The notes under the pieces were generated by a model. The model saw nothing but the letters and a program-made list of their open reading frames with translations. It was not told the origin of the DNA and made no database searches. From Eledone cirrhosa (Eukaryota): a stretch of DNA of 64,000 nt. Of this stretch, positions 30,063 through 44,559 are shown one piece after another. A program made the translations under genes and the position numbers. Position 1 is the first letter of the stretch, and the number at the start of each line of letters is the position of its first letter. Location of the stretch: contig CAXHJY010001100.1 of assembly GCA_964016885.1 (NCBI GenBank), forward strand, positions 124,001-188,000, read 5' to 3'.

Positions 30063-30230
30063 GAAGTGATATATTTGATATATCTCATATGAAATGATAC
30101 AGCCAATTCTGCACACAATACAATGTAGTTAGCACCCCGAACGTTTAATTAGGAATATACTCAGATATTTCCTAATGTTTGTTGAGTGAGTTGGAATTTG
30201 GCCGGAGTATCGCTATTAGCTTTCTCCGTT

Positions 30231-30268
<38 letters not shown>

Positions 30269-30271
<3 letters not shown>

Positions 30272-30748
30272 GATATATTAACAAATGGAAACTATATTTA
30301 TAAAACCATATTTATTTCATTATACATATTTGAAGGACACCAAGTTAAATTATGGTGTGCTTTCATCAGATAAAATATAATATAGATCAGTTTTATAAAT
30401 AAATATTGACATACCCTTAAAGAATGCGACCATTTCTGTTGGAAGCTCCCGGATAGTGGGGTTATCAATTCACTATCCGGGAGCTTCCAACAGAAATGGT
30501 CGCATTCATTAAGGGTATGTCAATATTTATTTATAAAACTGATCTATATTATATTTTATCTGATGAAAGCACACCATAATGTAACTTGGTGTCCTTGAAA
30601 TATGTATAATGAAATAAATATGGTTTTATAAATATAGTTTCCATTTGTTAATATATCGTATTTTTACTCTAATAATTTGTTGAGTGCTTTATATCAGTTA
30701 TAAAAATATTTGTTTGTTGTATCCCAACAATTTAAATAGAACTTCTAC
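30269..30748. mobile_element. Hammerhead fold-back cassette with ~190-bp inverted arms in (TA)n
   Basis: Arms 30269-30458 and 30471-30660 with a 12-nt spacer. The minus-strand hammerhead copy (30314-30376) has GAAA changed to CAAA. Confidence 0.75.
30553..30615 (+). ncRNA. Type I hammerhead ribozyme, complete core
   Basis: attttat-CTGATGA-aagcacacca(taatgtaact)tggtgtcctt-GAAA-tatgta-TA-atgaaat. The stem III region ATATGTAT is one change from the palindrome ATACGTAT. Confidence 0.85.
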
Positions 30749-30944
30749 ATATATATATATATATATACGACGGTATGCTGCAGTTTCCATCAACCAAATT
30801 CAGCTTCAGGCATGGGCTTTAGTAGAAAACTTTTTCTTGCCCAATGTGCCACAATATACTGACACGGAATCCCGAAATCATGTATATAGTTGCCAGGCGA
30901 AATCGTTAACGAAACAAAGCTGCCTTACATTTCTTTAGAGATAA

Positions 30945-31482
30945 TTACTTCTATAATACTTTTGGCACAAGGCCAGCAATTACCCCAGTGTATTACTGGT
31001 ACTTTATTTTATCGACCCCCGTAAGGATGAAAGACAAAGTTAACCTTGTCGGCGGGATTTGAATTCAGAATGGCAAGGGCCGTAACTCTTTGCTTACAAA
31101 GCATGGCGTCCGACCCTCTACCGATACTGCCAATCCACCACCCTATTTATAAAATAATTTGTTTCTACTTTTGGCACAAGGCCAGCAAATTACCCGGTAC
31201 ATTACTGGTACTTTATTTTATCGACCCCCGTAAGGATGAAAGACAAAGTTAACCTTGTCGGCGGGATTTGAATTCAGAATGGCAAGGGCCGTAACTCTTT
31301 GCTTGCAAAGCATGGCGTCCGACCCTCTACCGATACTGCCAATCCACCACCCTATTTACAAAATAATTTGTTTCTACTTTTGGCACAAGGCCAGCAAATT
31401 ACCCGGTACATTCCTGGTACTTTATTTTATCGACCCCCGTAAGGATGAAAGGCAAAGTTAACCTCGGCGGGATTTGAACTCA
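30945..31482 (-). mobile_element. Tandem triplication of a Meta-domain SINE (209-bp period)
   Basis: Near-identical units sharing a private gttaaccttgtcggc variant. Confidence 0.85.
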
Positions 31483-31850
31483 CCTGAGGATATCATCGTT
31501 GATAGAACACAATACCCCAAATATTTATAAAATCTCTGACAACCACCGTTATATTTCCACTGGATTAATTACGTCAACATTCCTTACCCAACACGCAATC
31601 CTATCTCAGTAATTGCGTTGTATTTCGGACGCCATTTTCAGCGAATATTTCACTATCTGAGTTGAAAATATCCATAAATTGAACAGGATTGCTTTTAATG
31701 CAGCATCCGTCACTCTTTCCTGAAAATTAATCGATATTTATTGGTAATTGATACATTCATATATATAATATATATATTAATATTGCCAATTTTATGGGAC
31801 ATATATTTACGGCCACACACGCATGCACATATATATACTGTTCTCACATC

Positions 31851-31899
<49 letters not shown>

Positions 31900-31943
31900 A
31901 ATACATTTACATACATACATACATATATATACATAAATACATT

Positions 31944-32054
<111 letters not shown>

Positions 32055-32099
32055 ATATGTATATATATACATATATATATGTATGTATGTAAATGTATT

Positions 32100-32195
<96 letters not shown>

Positions 32196-32204
32196 CATAT
32201 ATAC

Positions 32205-32310
32205 ATTTAATATAGAAATGGCTTCTACGGGACTTCCTGATGATTTCTCCTGATGATTTCTCCCGAATGAAACAGTTCTAGTCATGTAGAAGCCATTTCT
32301 ATATTAAATA
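32205..32310 (+). mobile_element. Hammerhead fold-back cassette (family B variant)
   Basis: gacttc-CTGATGA (duplicated at 32237 and 32250)..GAAACAGttctagtcATGTA-gaagcc; inverted arms about 32205-32234 and 32280-32310. Confidence 0.7.
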
Positions 32311-32355
32311 TATACATATATATGTGTGTGTGTGTGTGCGTGTGTGTGTGTGTAT

Positions 32356-32402
<47 letters not shown>

Positions 32403-32465
32403 GAGAAAAATAGAGTGAGAGAGGGAGGTGCAGAAAAAGAAACAGAGATAGAGATAGATAGATAG

Positions 32466-32526
<61 letters not shown>

Positions 32527-32866
32527 GAGAGAGGGGGGGCTTGGGGTGCAGGTGCAAGGGCCCGAGAGAAAACAAGATTTCGAAATGTTGAAACGTGTCT
32601 TTTTCTAACAATTTGGGCGTATTTTACTTGGAAACCAGTCAAAGCTGGAAGACAGAAAATAAAATATTGAAATAACTTAAGATAAAATAAATTATGAAAT
32701 ACTAATAATATAGTTAGTCAATGTTTTTGATTTTTTGCTGTATTTATTTGCACCATGGCAACGGATTTTGGGAGTTTTTTGTTTTTTGTTGTTGTCGTTG
32801 TTGTTGTTTATTTTGCTTTCTTTGCATAAGTTGGGTGTCTTCCAAAATGAGAAAGGAATATATGTA

Positions 32867-32902
<36 letters not shown>

Positions 32903-32924
32903 TGTATGTATGTATGTATGTATG

Positions 32925-32975
<51 letters not shown>

Positions 32976-32996
32976 GTATATATACATATATATATA

Positions 32997-33081
<85 letters not shown>

Positions 33082-33143
33082 TGTGTATGTATATATATAT
33101 ATGTATATACATATATATATATGTGTATGTGTGTGTATAAGTA

Positions 33144-33193
<50 letters not shown>

Positions 33194-33279
33194 TATATGT
33201 ATATGTATGTATATATATACACATAAATATAAATATATATGTACGTATATATGAATATCTATATATATATGTGTGTGTA

Positions 33280-33329
<50 letters not shown>

Positions 33330-33565
33330 CGTGTTAGCAAGCAAGACATGGTAGGGTTCAAGAAAGAAACCAAACTCTGTTTTAGTTGTTCTTTTTGTTT
33401 CATTTTTTTTCTTTTTTCTTTTCCCTTGCCATAATCGTAAGTGGGAGGACTCCGTGTCAGCAGTGTGTTCGTCTCGCACTTACACGATTATCTCTTGGTT
33501 AACTCACACCTAGTTAGTTGTTGTCGTTGTTGTTGTTGTTGTTGTGGTTGTTGTGGTTGTTGTGG

Positions 33566-33596
<31 letters not shown>

Positions 33597-33724
33597 GGTT
33601 GTTGTTGTGGTTGTTGTTGTGGTTGTTGTTGTGGTTGTTATTGTTGCTCTTCTTCTTCTTCTTCTTCTTTATCATCATCATCTTCTTCTTCTTCTTCTTC
33701 TTCTTCTTCTTCTTCTTCTTCTTC

Positions 33725-33772
<48 letters not shown>

Positions 33773-33953
33773 TTCTTCTTCTTCTTCTCTTCTTCTTCTT
33801 CTTCATTATCATCATCATCATCATCTTCTTCTTCTTCTTCTTCTTCTTCTTCTTCTTCTTCTTCTTCTTCTTCTTCTTCTTCTTCTTCTTCATCATCATC
33901 ATCATCATCATCTTCTTCTCTTCTTCTTCTTCTTCTTCTTCTTCTTCTTCTTC

Positions 33954-33998
<45 letters not shown>

Positions 33999-34045
33999 TT
34001 CTTCTTCTTCTTCTTCTTCTTCTTCTTCTTCTTCTTCTTCTTCTT

Positions 34046-34076
<31 letters not shown>

Positions 34077-34634
34077 TACAAAGTATAACTTTATGAATAC
34101 ACCAATCCCACTCCGCAGTCATTAGCTGGTACTTTATTTTAACGACCCCTCACTACATAACTGGTACTTGATCTTATCGACCCCAGTTCATGGCCAAAGG
34201 ACCGGGACTCTATCTTATCAACTACAGTTCATGATCGGTACTTTATTTTATCGATCCTGAAAGGTTGAAAGCCACAAAGTAAATATTTCTACGCTTTACC
34301 CAATCCGACAATTCAACGCCTCAGCGTCTCTTTCACCCTAAATCCTAAAACATTTGACCTTCGACTGACTCTAATCTAGTTTTTAATTACTTCATTAATT
34401 TAGCTGTTAGAGCACAAACACTGTCCTTGCGCCAACATGGAGATGTTTCTAATACATTTTCATTCCTCATTTTTTTTTTGGGTTTCTCGAAATATCGATT
34501 TGCATCGATGTATTCAATCACATTAAAACACATTATTTTGTTAACATTTTTTTTCTTTTTATCCATCAAGAATTATGAAGTACAAAGATGATTGAGCTAA
34601 AGTTAAGATTGGATTTTTATAATGGAGTCAATGA

Positions 34635-35050
34635 GAGTTAACTGAAGCTAACTGAAGCTAACTGGAGCTAACTGGAGCTAACTGGATCTATCTGGAGCTA
34701 ACTGGAGCTAACTGAAGCTAACTGGAGCTAATTGGAGCTAACTGGAGCTAACTGGATCTATCTGGAGCTAACTGGGGCTAACTAGAGCTAACTGGAGCTA
34801 ACTGGAGCTAACTGGAGCTAACTGGAGCTAACTGGAGCTAACTGGAGCTTACTGGAGCTAACTGGAGCTTACTGGAGCTAACTGGAGCTAACTAGAGCTA
34901 ACTGGAGCTAACTAGAGCTAACTGGAGATAACTGGAGCTTAGTGGAGCTAACTGGAGCTAACTAGAGCTAACTGGGGCTAACTAGAGCTAACTGGAGCTA
35001 AATGGAGCTAACTGGAGCTTACTGGAGCTAACTGGAGCTAACTGGAATTA
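34635..35050. repeat. 10-bp minisatellite (actggagcta)
   Basis: About 40 copies. Confidence 0.93.
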
Positions 35051-35550
35051 ACAGGAAGTATCTGTATAATTTGTTGCTTCTTTACACACAACCCTGATAC
35101 GTGCTTTACTCTCATACATATTTCAATATTCATTCATAAGCAAGGTATACAATAGTGAAGAAGTGGCCCAATTGATTTGATCGATCTCAGTATTGAACTA
35201 GCATATTATTTTATTTATTTGAATATTGATTTCTAAAAAAGACATATTGTCTCAAATTTAGTGAACGATTATCATAATCGATTTGATTGCCCTCAAACTT
35301 ATGATTCAACTAGTATTTTATTTTAGCAATTTTTTCATTTGTGTCACTCTTTTTTTTTTATTTGTTTCACTTTATTTTATGTTATATTATTCTAATTCTA
35401 CCCCCCCCCCCCTCCCTCCAACTGCACACAACTCTATTTACCAAGATTCCTCACCGAAATAAGCAATAAAACATTAAACATATACTACTTTTTTATCAAT
35501 TTAAATGATGTCATAATGCACATTTTCAAGTGTTTTACAGAGTTGAGATA

Positions 35551-36235
<685 letters not shown>

Positions 36236-36236
36236 T

Positions 36237-36685
<449 letters not shown>

Positions 36686-36923
36686 TTCCTTGACCTCCTG
36701 CCCTGCTGGGTTTCCTCACACGACTGGGTTTCCTCCACCCCCTCTCCCTCTTTCTTCTACTGGCAGGTTCAGCTACCCCTTCCTTCCACAAATTGCCATG
36801 ATAGAATTATGTGTCTCAACAACAGACTTTTGACCAATCCTTGTGACAATCACTTTTACCATATATGGAATTACTCCCTGAGAAACTCGGCTATTCATAT
36901 ACCAGGATAAAAATGTTCATTTA

Positions 36924-36983
36924 GTCCAGAATTAGCCGTCGAAACGGCTTGAGCTCAGCCGTCGGGGTCTTACTCGTTCCTAT
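36924..36983 (+). mobile_element. Family A solo short arm
   Basis: gtccagaattagccgtcgaaacggcttgagctcagccgtcggggtcttactcgttcctat, then (TA)n. Confidence 0.7.
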
Positions 36984-37139
36984 ATATATATATATATTAT
37001 TATTATTATGTAATAAACAACATAAGGCAATTATTCCATTTACCAGTGGTTGTTTATTACATAATAATAATAATTAAGCTCTGTTGCCTACATAGAGCAC
37101 TCTTTTTTCCTGGACTTTTCCGACGGAATTACTTCATTT

Positions 37140-37237
<98 letters not shown>

Positions 37238-37464
37238 TTATATCTGTATTTTTAACCGTTGGTTAATCAATGATAAACATTGATTGCCAGATAAATTAAC
37301 TATGGAGATATAAAAGATACAGAAGCGAGAACCAACCGAAACAAAACAGTGAGTGTGTTCTGTTATTATTTCTGGCAATATTATAACAATATGACTCCAG
37401 AAGGAAATAATTTGGTGAAGTAGGGATTGAATTAGTTAATTGTTCTTGTTAACAAAGGATAAGA

Positions 37465-38548
37465 CCAGCAAATTGTGGGAAGGGCAAAGTCAATTACACC
37501 GATCCTAGTTGTTAACTGGTAATTTATGTTATCGATCTCGGAAGGATGAAAGGGGGTGGGATTTGAACTCAGAACGTAAATGGTCGTAACTTGATGTCTC
37601 AAAGCTGCATCTCCTACAGCCTGAAATGAATATTAATAACTGTTTCGACTTTTGGCACAAGGCCAGCAATTACCCCAGTGCATTACTGGTACTTTATTTT
37701 ATCGACCCTGTCAGGATGAAAGGCAAAGTTAACCTCGGCGGAATTTGAACCTAACAGCGTAAAGGGTCTTAACTCTATGCAGCAAAGCATGGTGTCCGAC
37801 CCTCTACCGATACTGTCAATCCACGGAATATTAATAACTGTTTCGACTTTTGGCACAAGGCCAGCAATTACCTCAGTACATTACTGGTACTTTATTTTAT
37901 CGACCCCGTAAAGATGAAAGGCAAAGTCAACCTCGGCGGGATTTGAACTCAGAACATAAAGGGCCATAACTCTATGCTGCAAAGCATGATTTCTGACGCT
38001 CTACCGATACTGCCAATCACCGAATATTTATGAGAGATATTTTAAATTTATTTTCTAATAGTTCCAGAAATAGTAGATTGTAAAATTTGCATTAGTCTTT
38101 TTCCTACTTCAGCGAATAAGATTTGGACACAACTAGTAATTAGGTTTATGTAGGAAACTCTCAATGTCCATTGGTGAAAGAAACAAATACACAGCCAGCA
38201 TTTTAAACCAATAGCTTTAAGCAGCAATATCCAAATTGGCAGTATAGGTAGTGAGTTGGACACCATGCTTTGAAGCTAGGGTTACGTCCCTTTATGATCT
38301 GAGTTCAAATCCCGCCGAGGTTAATTTTGCCTTTCATCTTTACGGGATCGTAAAGGGACGTAACTATGCTGGAAAGCATGGCGTCCGACCCTCTAACGAT
38401 ACTGCCAATCCACCGCCCTTCTAATAATAATAATAATGATTTCTGATTTAGGCAAAAGGCCAGCAATTTTGGGGAGGAGAAAGTCGATTAAATCGAACCA
38501 GTACGTTACTGGTACTTTATTTTATCGATCCGTGAGGATGGAAGACAA
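37465..38548. mobile_element. Cluster of Meta-domain SINEs in both orientations
   Basis: Copies at about 37640-38022 (-, two), 38236-38350 (+) and 38350-38548 (-). Confidence 0.8.
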
Positions 38549-38634
38549 TTTATTCCTTCTTTCACCTCTCATGTCATGTATTATGAACCGAAGGAATTAA
38601 AAGAGTTGAATACCCGAACAAAGGCTGGTACCGG

Positions 38635-39815
38635 TGGTGGCGTGTGTGAAAGGGAGGTGGTGTGTGTGAGAGGGTGGTGGTGTGTGTGAGAGGGTGGTGG
38701 TGTGGTGTGGTGCGATGTGTGAGACGTTGGTGGTGTGGTGTGATGTGTGGGAGGGTGATGGTGTGGTGCGATGTGTGAGAGGGTGGTGGTGTGGTGTGAT
38801 GTGTGAGAGGGTGGTGGTGTGGTGTGTTTCTGAGGGGTTGGGGTGTGTAGTGAGAGAGGTTGGTGGTGTGGTGCGATGTGTGAGAGGGTGGTGGTGTGGT
38901 GTGTTTCTGAGGGGTTGGGGTGTGTAGTGAGAGAGGGTGGTGGTGTGGTGTGATGTGTGAGAGGTTGGTGGTGTGGTGTGGTGCGATGTGTGAGAGGTTG
39001 GTGGTGTGGTGCGATGTGTGAGAGGGTGGTGGTGTGGTCTGTTTCTGAGGGGTTGGGGTGTGTAGTGAGAGAGGGTGGTGGTGTGGTGTGATGTGTGAGA
39101 GGTTGGTGGTGTGGTGTGGTGCGATGTGTGAGAGGTTGGTGGTGTGGTGCGATGTGTGAGAGGGTGGTGGTGTGGTCTGTTTCTGAGGGGTTGGGGTGTG
39201 TAGTGAGAGAGGTTGGTGGTGTGGTGCGATGTGTGAGAGGTTGGTGGTGTGGTGTGTTTCTGAGGGGTTGGGGTGTGTAGTGAGAGAGGGTGGTGGTGTG
39301 GTGTGATGTGTGAGAGGTTGGTGGTGTGGTGTGTTTCTGAGGGGTTGGGGTGTTTAGTGAGAGAGGGTGGTGGTGTGGTGCGATGTGTGAGAGGTTGGTG
39401 GTGTGGTGTGTTTCTGAGGGGTTGGGGTGTGTAGTGAGAGAGGGTGGTGGTGTGGTGTGATGTGTGAGAGGTTGGTGGTGTGGTGTGTGAGTCTGTGTTT
39501 AGTGTGTGGTGGGATCTGGTCTGGTGTGGTGTGGTGTAGTGTGGTGTGTGGTGTGGTGTGGTGGGGTGTTGTGGTGTAGTGTGGTGTGGTGTGGTGTGGT
39601 GTGTGGTGTAGTGGTGTGTTGTAGTGTAGTGTGGTGTGGTGTGGTGTGTGGTGTAGTGGTGTGTTGTGGTGTAGTGTGGTGTGGTGGTGTGGTGTGATGG
39701 TGTGTCGTGGTGTGGTGTGGTGTGGTGTTGTGTGGTGGTGGTGTGTTGTGGTGTAGTGTGGTGTGGTGTGGTGTGTGGTGTAGTGGTGTGGTGTTGTGTG
39801 GTGGAGGCGGTGTGT
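38635..39815. repeat. GT-rich minisatellite grading into (gtgtg)n
   Basis: Recurrent gatgtgtgagagggtggtggtgtgg and tttctgaggggttggggtgtgtagt. Confidence 0.85.
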
Positions 39816-39964
39816 TAATGTGTGTGAATTTGGGTAGGAGCTAGGACAGAACAGCAGCAACAACAACAACAACAAATATGGCAGCGAGAGAGAGAAAGAG
39901 AGAGGAAGAGAGAGGAAGATATATATATATATATAGAAAGAGAGAGAGAGGGAGAGAGAGGAAG

Positions 39965-40006
<42 letters not shown>

Positions 40007-40514
40007 GGGAGAGAGGGGGCGAGAAGGGGAGAGAGAGTGAGAGGGAGAGAAAAATAAATAGCCAGATAGATAGAGAGAGAGATATAGAGAGAGAGAGATA
40101 TAGAGAGATGGGGGAGGGGGAGGGAGAGAGAGATAGAGAGAGAGAGGGAGAGAGCGAGGGAGAGACAAATAGATAGCCAGAGTGATAGATAGAAAGAGAG
40201 AGAGAGAGGAGAGAGAGGAAGATAGATAAATAGATAGATAGATAGATAGATAGAAAGAGAGAGAGAGGGAGAGAGAGTGAGAGATAGAGAGATAGAGAGA
40301 GAGATGGGGAGAAAGAGAAAGACAGAGAGACAGAGAGAGACAGAGAAAGACAGAGAGAGAGAGAGGGGGAGAGAGAGTGACGGGACAAGATGGAAGGCGG
40401 TAAAAGAGATGTGACCTAATTGTAAACCCGTGTAGTGTTTTGTCGTCCTACATCCGGCACCTCCATTAACCGGACATTTTATGCTATGTCCGGTTAACTT
40501 ATTTACAATTATTA

Positions 40515-40860
40515 CTATCGGTAGAGGGTCGGACGCCATGCTTTGCGGCATAGAGTTATGGCCCTTTGCGTTCTGAGTTCAAATCCCGCCGAGGTTAACT
40601 TTGCCTTTCATCCTTACGGGGTCGATGAAATAAAGTACCAGTAATACACTGGGGTAATTGCTGGCCTTGTGCCAAAAGTAGAAGCAATTATTTAATCATT
40701 TCAAAGAGAGGTGGATTGGAAGTAATTGGTATAGCGCCGAACAAATAAAGTACCAGTACCAGCGTCGATGAAATAAAGTACCAGTAATGCACTGGTGTAG
40801 TTTTAATCGAATTTCTCTCTCCGCAAATTGCTGGCCTTGTGTTTATACCAGAAACCATTC
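40515..40860 (+). mobile_element. Meta-domain SINE plus a partial copy
   Basis: Same consensus. Confidence 0.8.
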
Positions 40861-40992
40861 TCTCTTTCCTTCTTTCCCTCCATTCTTGATGTTCGTTTTT
40901 TTTTATCTTTCTTTATTACATTTCTTTATTCTTTCTTTTCTTCATTCTTTCTCTCTTTCCCCCTTTCAATTTTCCATTTCTCTCTCTCTCTC

Positions 40993-41029
<37 letters not shown>

Positions 41030-41185
41030 ATCTCCTTTTTTCTTTCTCTCTCTCTCTCTTTTTATCTCTTTCTTATTTTTTTCCTTTCCTTCTTTCCTTT
41101 TTTCCTTCTCTCTCTTTTTCTTTCATCCTTCCTTCCTTTTGTCCATCTTTCTTTGTTTTCCTCTTTCTTTCTTTCTTTCCTTCTG

Positions 41186-41216
<31 letters not shown>

Positions 41217-41344
41217 CTCTTTCTCTCTTTCTATATTTATTTATTTATTGATTTATTTGTTCCTTTCTTTTTCAGCTTCGTTTTACTTCCTTCCGGCCGT
41301 CTTTCGACTTTCTTTCATTTTAATATAACTGTCACTGCCTCGAA

Positions 41345-42117
41345 TTGGTACATCCGTTCCACTTATAATAGTAATAATAATAATTGTTTCTACATTTGGC
41401 ACAAGGCCAGCAATTATCCCAGTGCATTACTGGTACTCCGTTCCACTTATAATAGTTGTTTCTACTTTAGGCACAAGGCCAGCAATAACCCAGTGCATTA
41501 CTGGTACTCCGTTCCACTTATAATAATTGTTTCTACTTTAGGCACAAGGCCAGCAATTACCCAGTGCATTACTGGTACTCCGTTCCACTTATAATAGTTG
41601 TTTCTACTTTAGGCACAAGGCCAGCAATAACCCAGTGCATTACTGGTACTCCGTTCCACTTATAATAATTGTTTCTACTTTAGGCACAAGGCCAGCAATT
41701 ACCCAGTACATTACTGGTACTTTATTTTATCGACCCTGTAAGGATGAAAGGCAAAGTCAACCTCGGCGGGATTTGAACTCAGATCGTAAAGGGACGTAAC
41801 TATGCTGGAAAGCATAGTAATAATAATAATAGTAATAATAATAGTAATAATAGTAATAATAATTGTTTCTACGTTAGGCACAAGGCCAGCAATTACCCAG
41901 TGTATTACTGGTACTTTATTTTAGTAATAATAGTAATAATAATAATGGTTTCTTATATAGGCACAACGCCAGCAATTTTGGGGGAAGGGAAAGTCGATTA
42001 AATCGACCCCAGTGCATTACTGGTGCTTTATTTTATCGACCCCCGTAAGGATTAAAGGTAAAGCTAACCTCAGCGAGATTTGAACCCAGAACGTAAAGGG
42101 CCATAACTCTACGCCGC
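41345..42117 (-). mobile_element. Meta-domain SINEs with tail amplified as ~71-bp tandem units
   Basis: ccgttccacttataat..ggcacaaggccagcaat..actggtact at 41354, 41438, 41509, 41580 and 41651. Confidence 0.82.
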
Positions 42118-43040
42118 ATGTTGTTCGACTCTCATTAACATGTGATATCTCTCTCCACAAAGTTCGATCACCAACAGCAGAGTTTAAAGAGCAAAGATCA
42201 AGTCCAGTCCATAAGTTGACATTGTCAAGCCATCGTTTTGGCTGCCGGCCTCTGCTTCTCTTACCAGCCAACTTTCCTTCCAGGCATAACCTACTCACAC
42301 CACGAGTTGATCTTTTTATATGGCCGTATAGTTTGAGTACTCTTGACTTGACAATTGATGTAATTGGTCTGAGTTTGGTAATGTTGAGCAGCTCACTGAT
42401 ACAGCTACGGTCACTGACCCGCTTTACCAGTCATAAGTCTCATGATGTGGTTCTGGAATGTACAGAGCTTTGCTCTGAGCCTGGTAATGTTGAGCAGCTC
42501 ACTGATACAGATACAGTCGTTGAGCCACTTACCAGTCATGAGTTTCATGATGTGGTACTGGAATGTAGAGAGCTTTGCTCTGAGCCTGGTAATGTTGAGC
42601 AGCTCACTGATACAGATACGGTTGCTGAGCCACTTACCAGCCATGAGTTTCATGATGTGGTACTGGAATGTAGAGAGCTTTGCTCTGAGCCTGGTAATGT
42701 TGAGCAGCTCACTAATACAGATACGGTCACTTAGCTGCTTGCCAGTCATAAATAAGGCTCATGATGTGGTTCTGGAATGTACAGAGCTTTGCTCTGAGCC
42801 TGGTAATGTTGAGCAGCTCACTGATACAGTTATGATCGCTGAGCCGCTTGCCAGTCATAAGTCTCATGATGTGGTACTGGAATGTAGAGAGTTTCTGAAG
42901 TGACCTTGTCGTCCAATTAACACAGTCAAGACCATATAACACAACTGGTAGGATGTAAGTATCAAAGATCTTAGCCTTCAAGTGATAGTAAACTCGTTTT
43001 GGTGTTAGTACCTCCTTGTCCTTGTTGAAAGCTGCTCAAC
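42118..43040 (-). mobile_element. RTE-clade LINE 3' fragment (degenerate ORF C-terminus)
   Basis: KAKIFDTYILPVVLYGLDCVNW..; LEGKLAGKRSRGRQPKRWLDNV..DRTLWR; internal ~105-bp tandem expansion. Confidence 0.85.
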
Positions 43041-43087
43041 CTAGAGCGATGCGATGCTGCGGAGCAACCATTCCATGGAAAGTATGT

Positions 43088-43590
43088 TTAAGAGGGGTAA
43101 AATTCCCGAGATCCATGGACGAGTTTTTTCCAGCGGTCTCTGTCCCGCATTATCGCTGCCATGTCCTGCGTCTCCAACAGACCAGTGTCTGTCCTTAAGG
43201 CACCAACATAAGTTAACTTCGGTCTTCCTCTTCCAGTGTGTCCATGCAGGGGATCCCACATCCTGTATCTAATCCTCTGCCTCCTGCACTGTGTTTGTCA
43301 CCAGAACTATGTCGTCGGCAAATTCAGCATCCGATATCTTTTTCGCCTTAACTCTCCTACTCTGAGACGGTGTTATAGTAAAGCCAGAGTCCTGGTGTTT
43401 CTCCAGCGCAAGGCGCATACAATAGTCCACCTCGATGATAAAAAGGTAAGGAGCCAATGTATCTCCCTGGAGCATTCCAGCCAGTATCTCAAAGAACTCT
43501 GTCATCCCATCAGGTGTAATAACTTGGGCTTTGGTGTTGGCGTAGCGCAGTGATATCAGGTCCACTATCTTCTTTGGGATTCCATAAGCT
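43088..43590 (-). mobile_element. RTE-clade LINE reverse transcriptase fragment joined to its 3' end by an internal deletion
   Basis: KAYGIP..GMLQGDTLAPYLFII..EFADDIVL; near 43260 the sequence jumps to the C-terminal HGHTGRGRP region. Confidence 0.88.
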
Positions 43591-43735
43591 TTCTGAGACG
43601 GAAGATCAACCACCGGTCACATCCTGATGCTGAGGAGCATATTAGAGGGAGCTAGAGCAAAGTGCCTTCGTGCAGTCATGGTTTTCATTGATTTTAGGAA
43701 GGCCTTTGATTCTGTGGACCGTCACTGCCTGATGG
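43587..43735 (+). mobile_element. Inverted upstream RT segment of the same LINE
   Basis: GRSTTGHILMLRSILEGARAKCLRAVMVFIDFRKAFDSVDRHC on the + strand. Confidence 0.85.
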
Positions 43736-43909
43736 AAAGTATAAAGGGTATAAAGAATATATGTATGGAATGAAGAAGTTACATGCAACATATCGTTGTT
43801 GTTGCAGGTTAAATGGCTACTCTAAATAGTTTCTGGCTGACATTTTACCCTGTATATGTTACAGACGAGAATCTCCCTGTGTTTGTATGTATGTGTGTGT
43901 ATGTGTCTG

Positions 43910-43973
<64 letters not shown>

Positions 43974-44088
43974 TGTGTCTGTATATATATATATGTGTGT
44001 GTATGTGTCTGCATAGATATATATGTGGGTGTGTGTGTATGTGTGTATATGTCTGTATATATATATGTGTGTGTGTGTATGTGTCTGC

Positions 44089-44124
<36 letters not shown>

Positions 44125-44219
44125 CTGTATATATATATATATATATGTGTGTTTGTGTATGTGAGTATGTCTCTGTATGTATGTGTACGTGTTTGTCTGT
44201 GTCTGTATGTGTATGTGCA

Positions 44220-44250
<31 letters not shown>

Positions 44251-44559
44251 TTGTGTGTACTTGTGTATGTACGTGTATGCGTATGTGTGTGTGTATATGT
44301 GTGTATATGTTTGTGTGTGTATATGTGACTATATGTGTGTGTGTGTCTGTATATGTGTGTGTATGACCTTTCATGTTGGCCTTGTTGAGGACGTTAGGGA
44401 GAATGATAAGCTATTCGCGGGGGCGTCGTGTGATGGATGTGGGGTGGTGTATGGGGCCAGTTGTGGTGTGAGGAGGTCAGCAGTGGTGTATGGGTATTAG
44501 TGGTGGTGTGTGGTAGTCAAGGCTGGTGCGTGGTGATCAGTAGTGATGTATGGTCGTCC

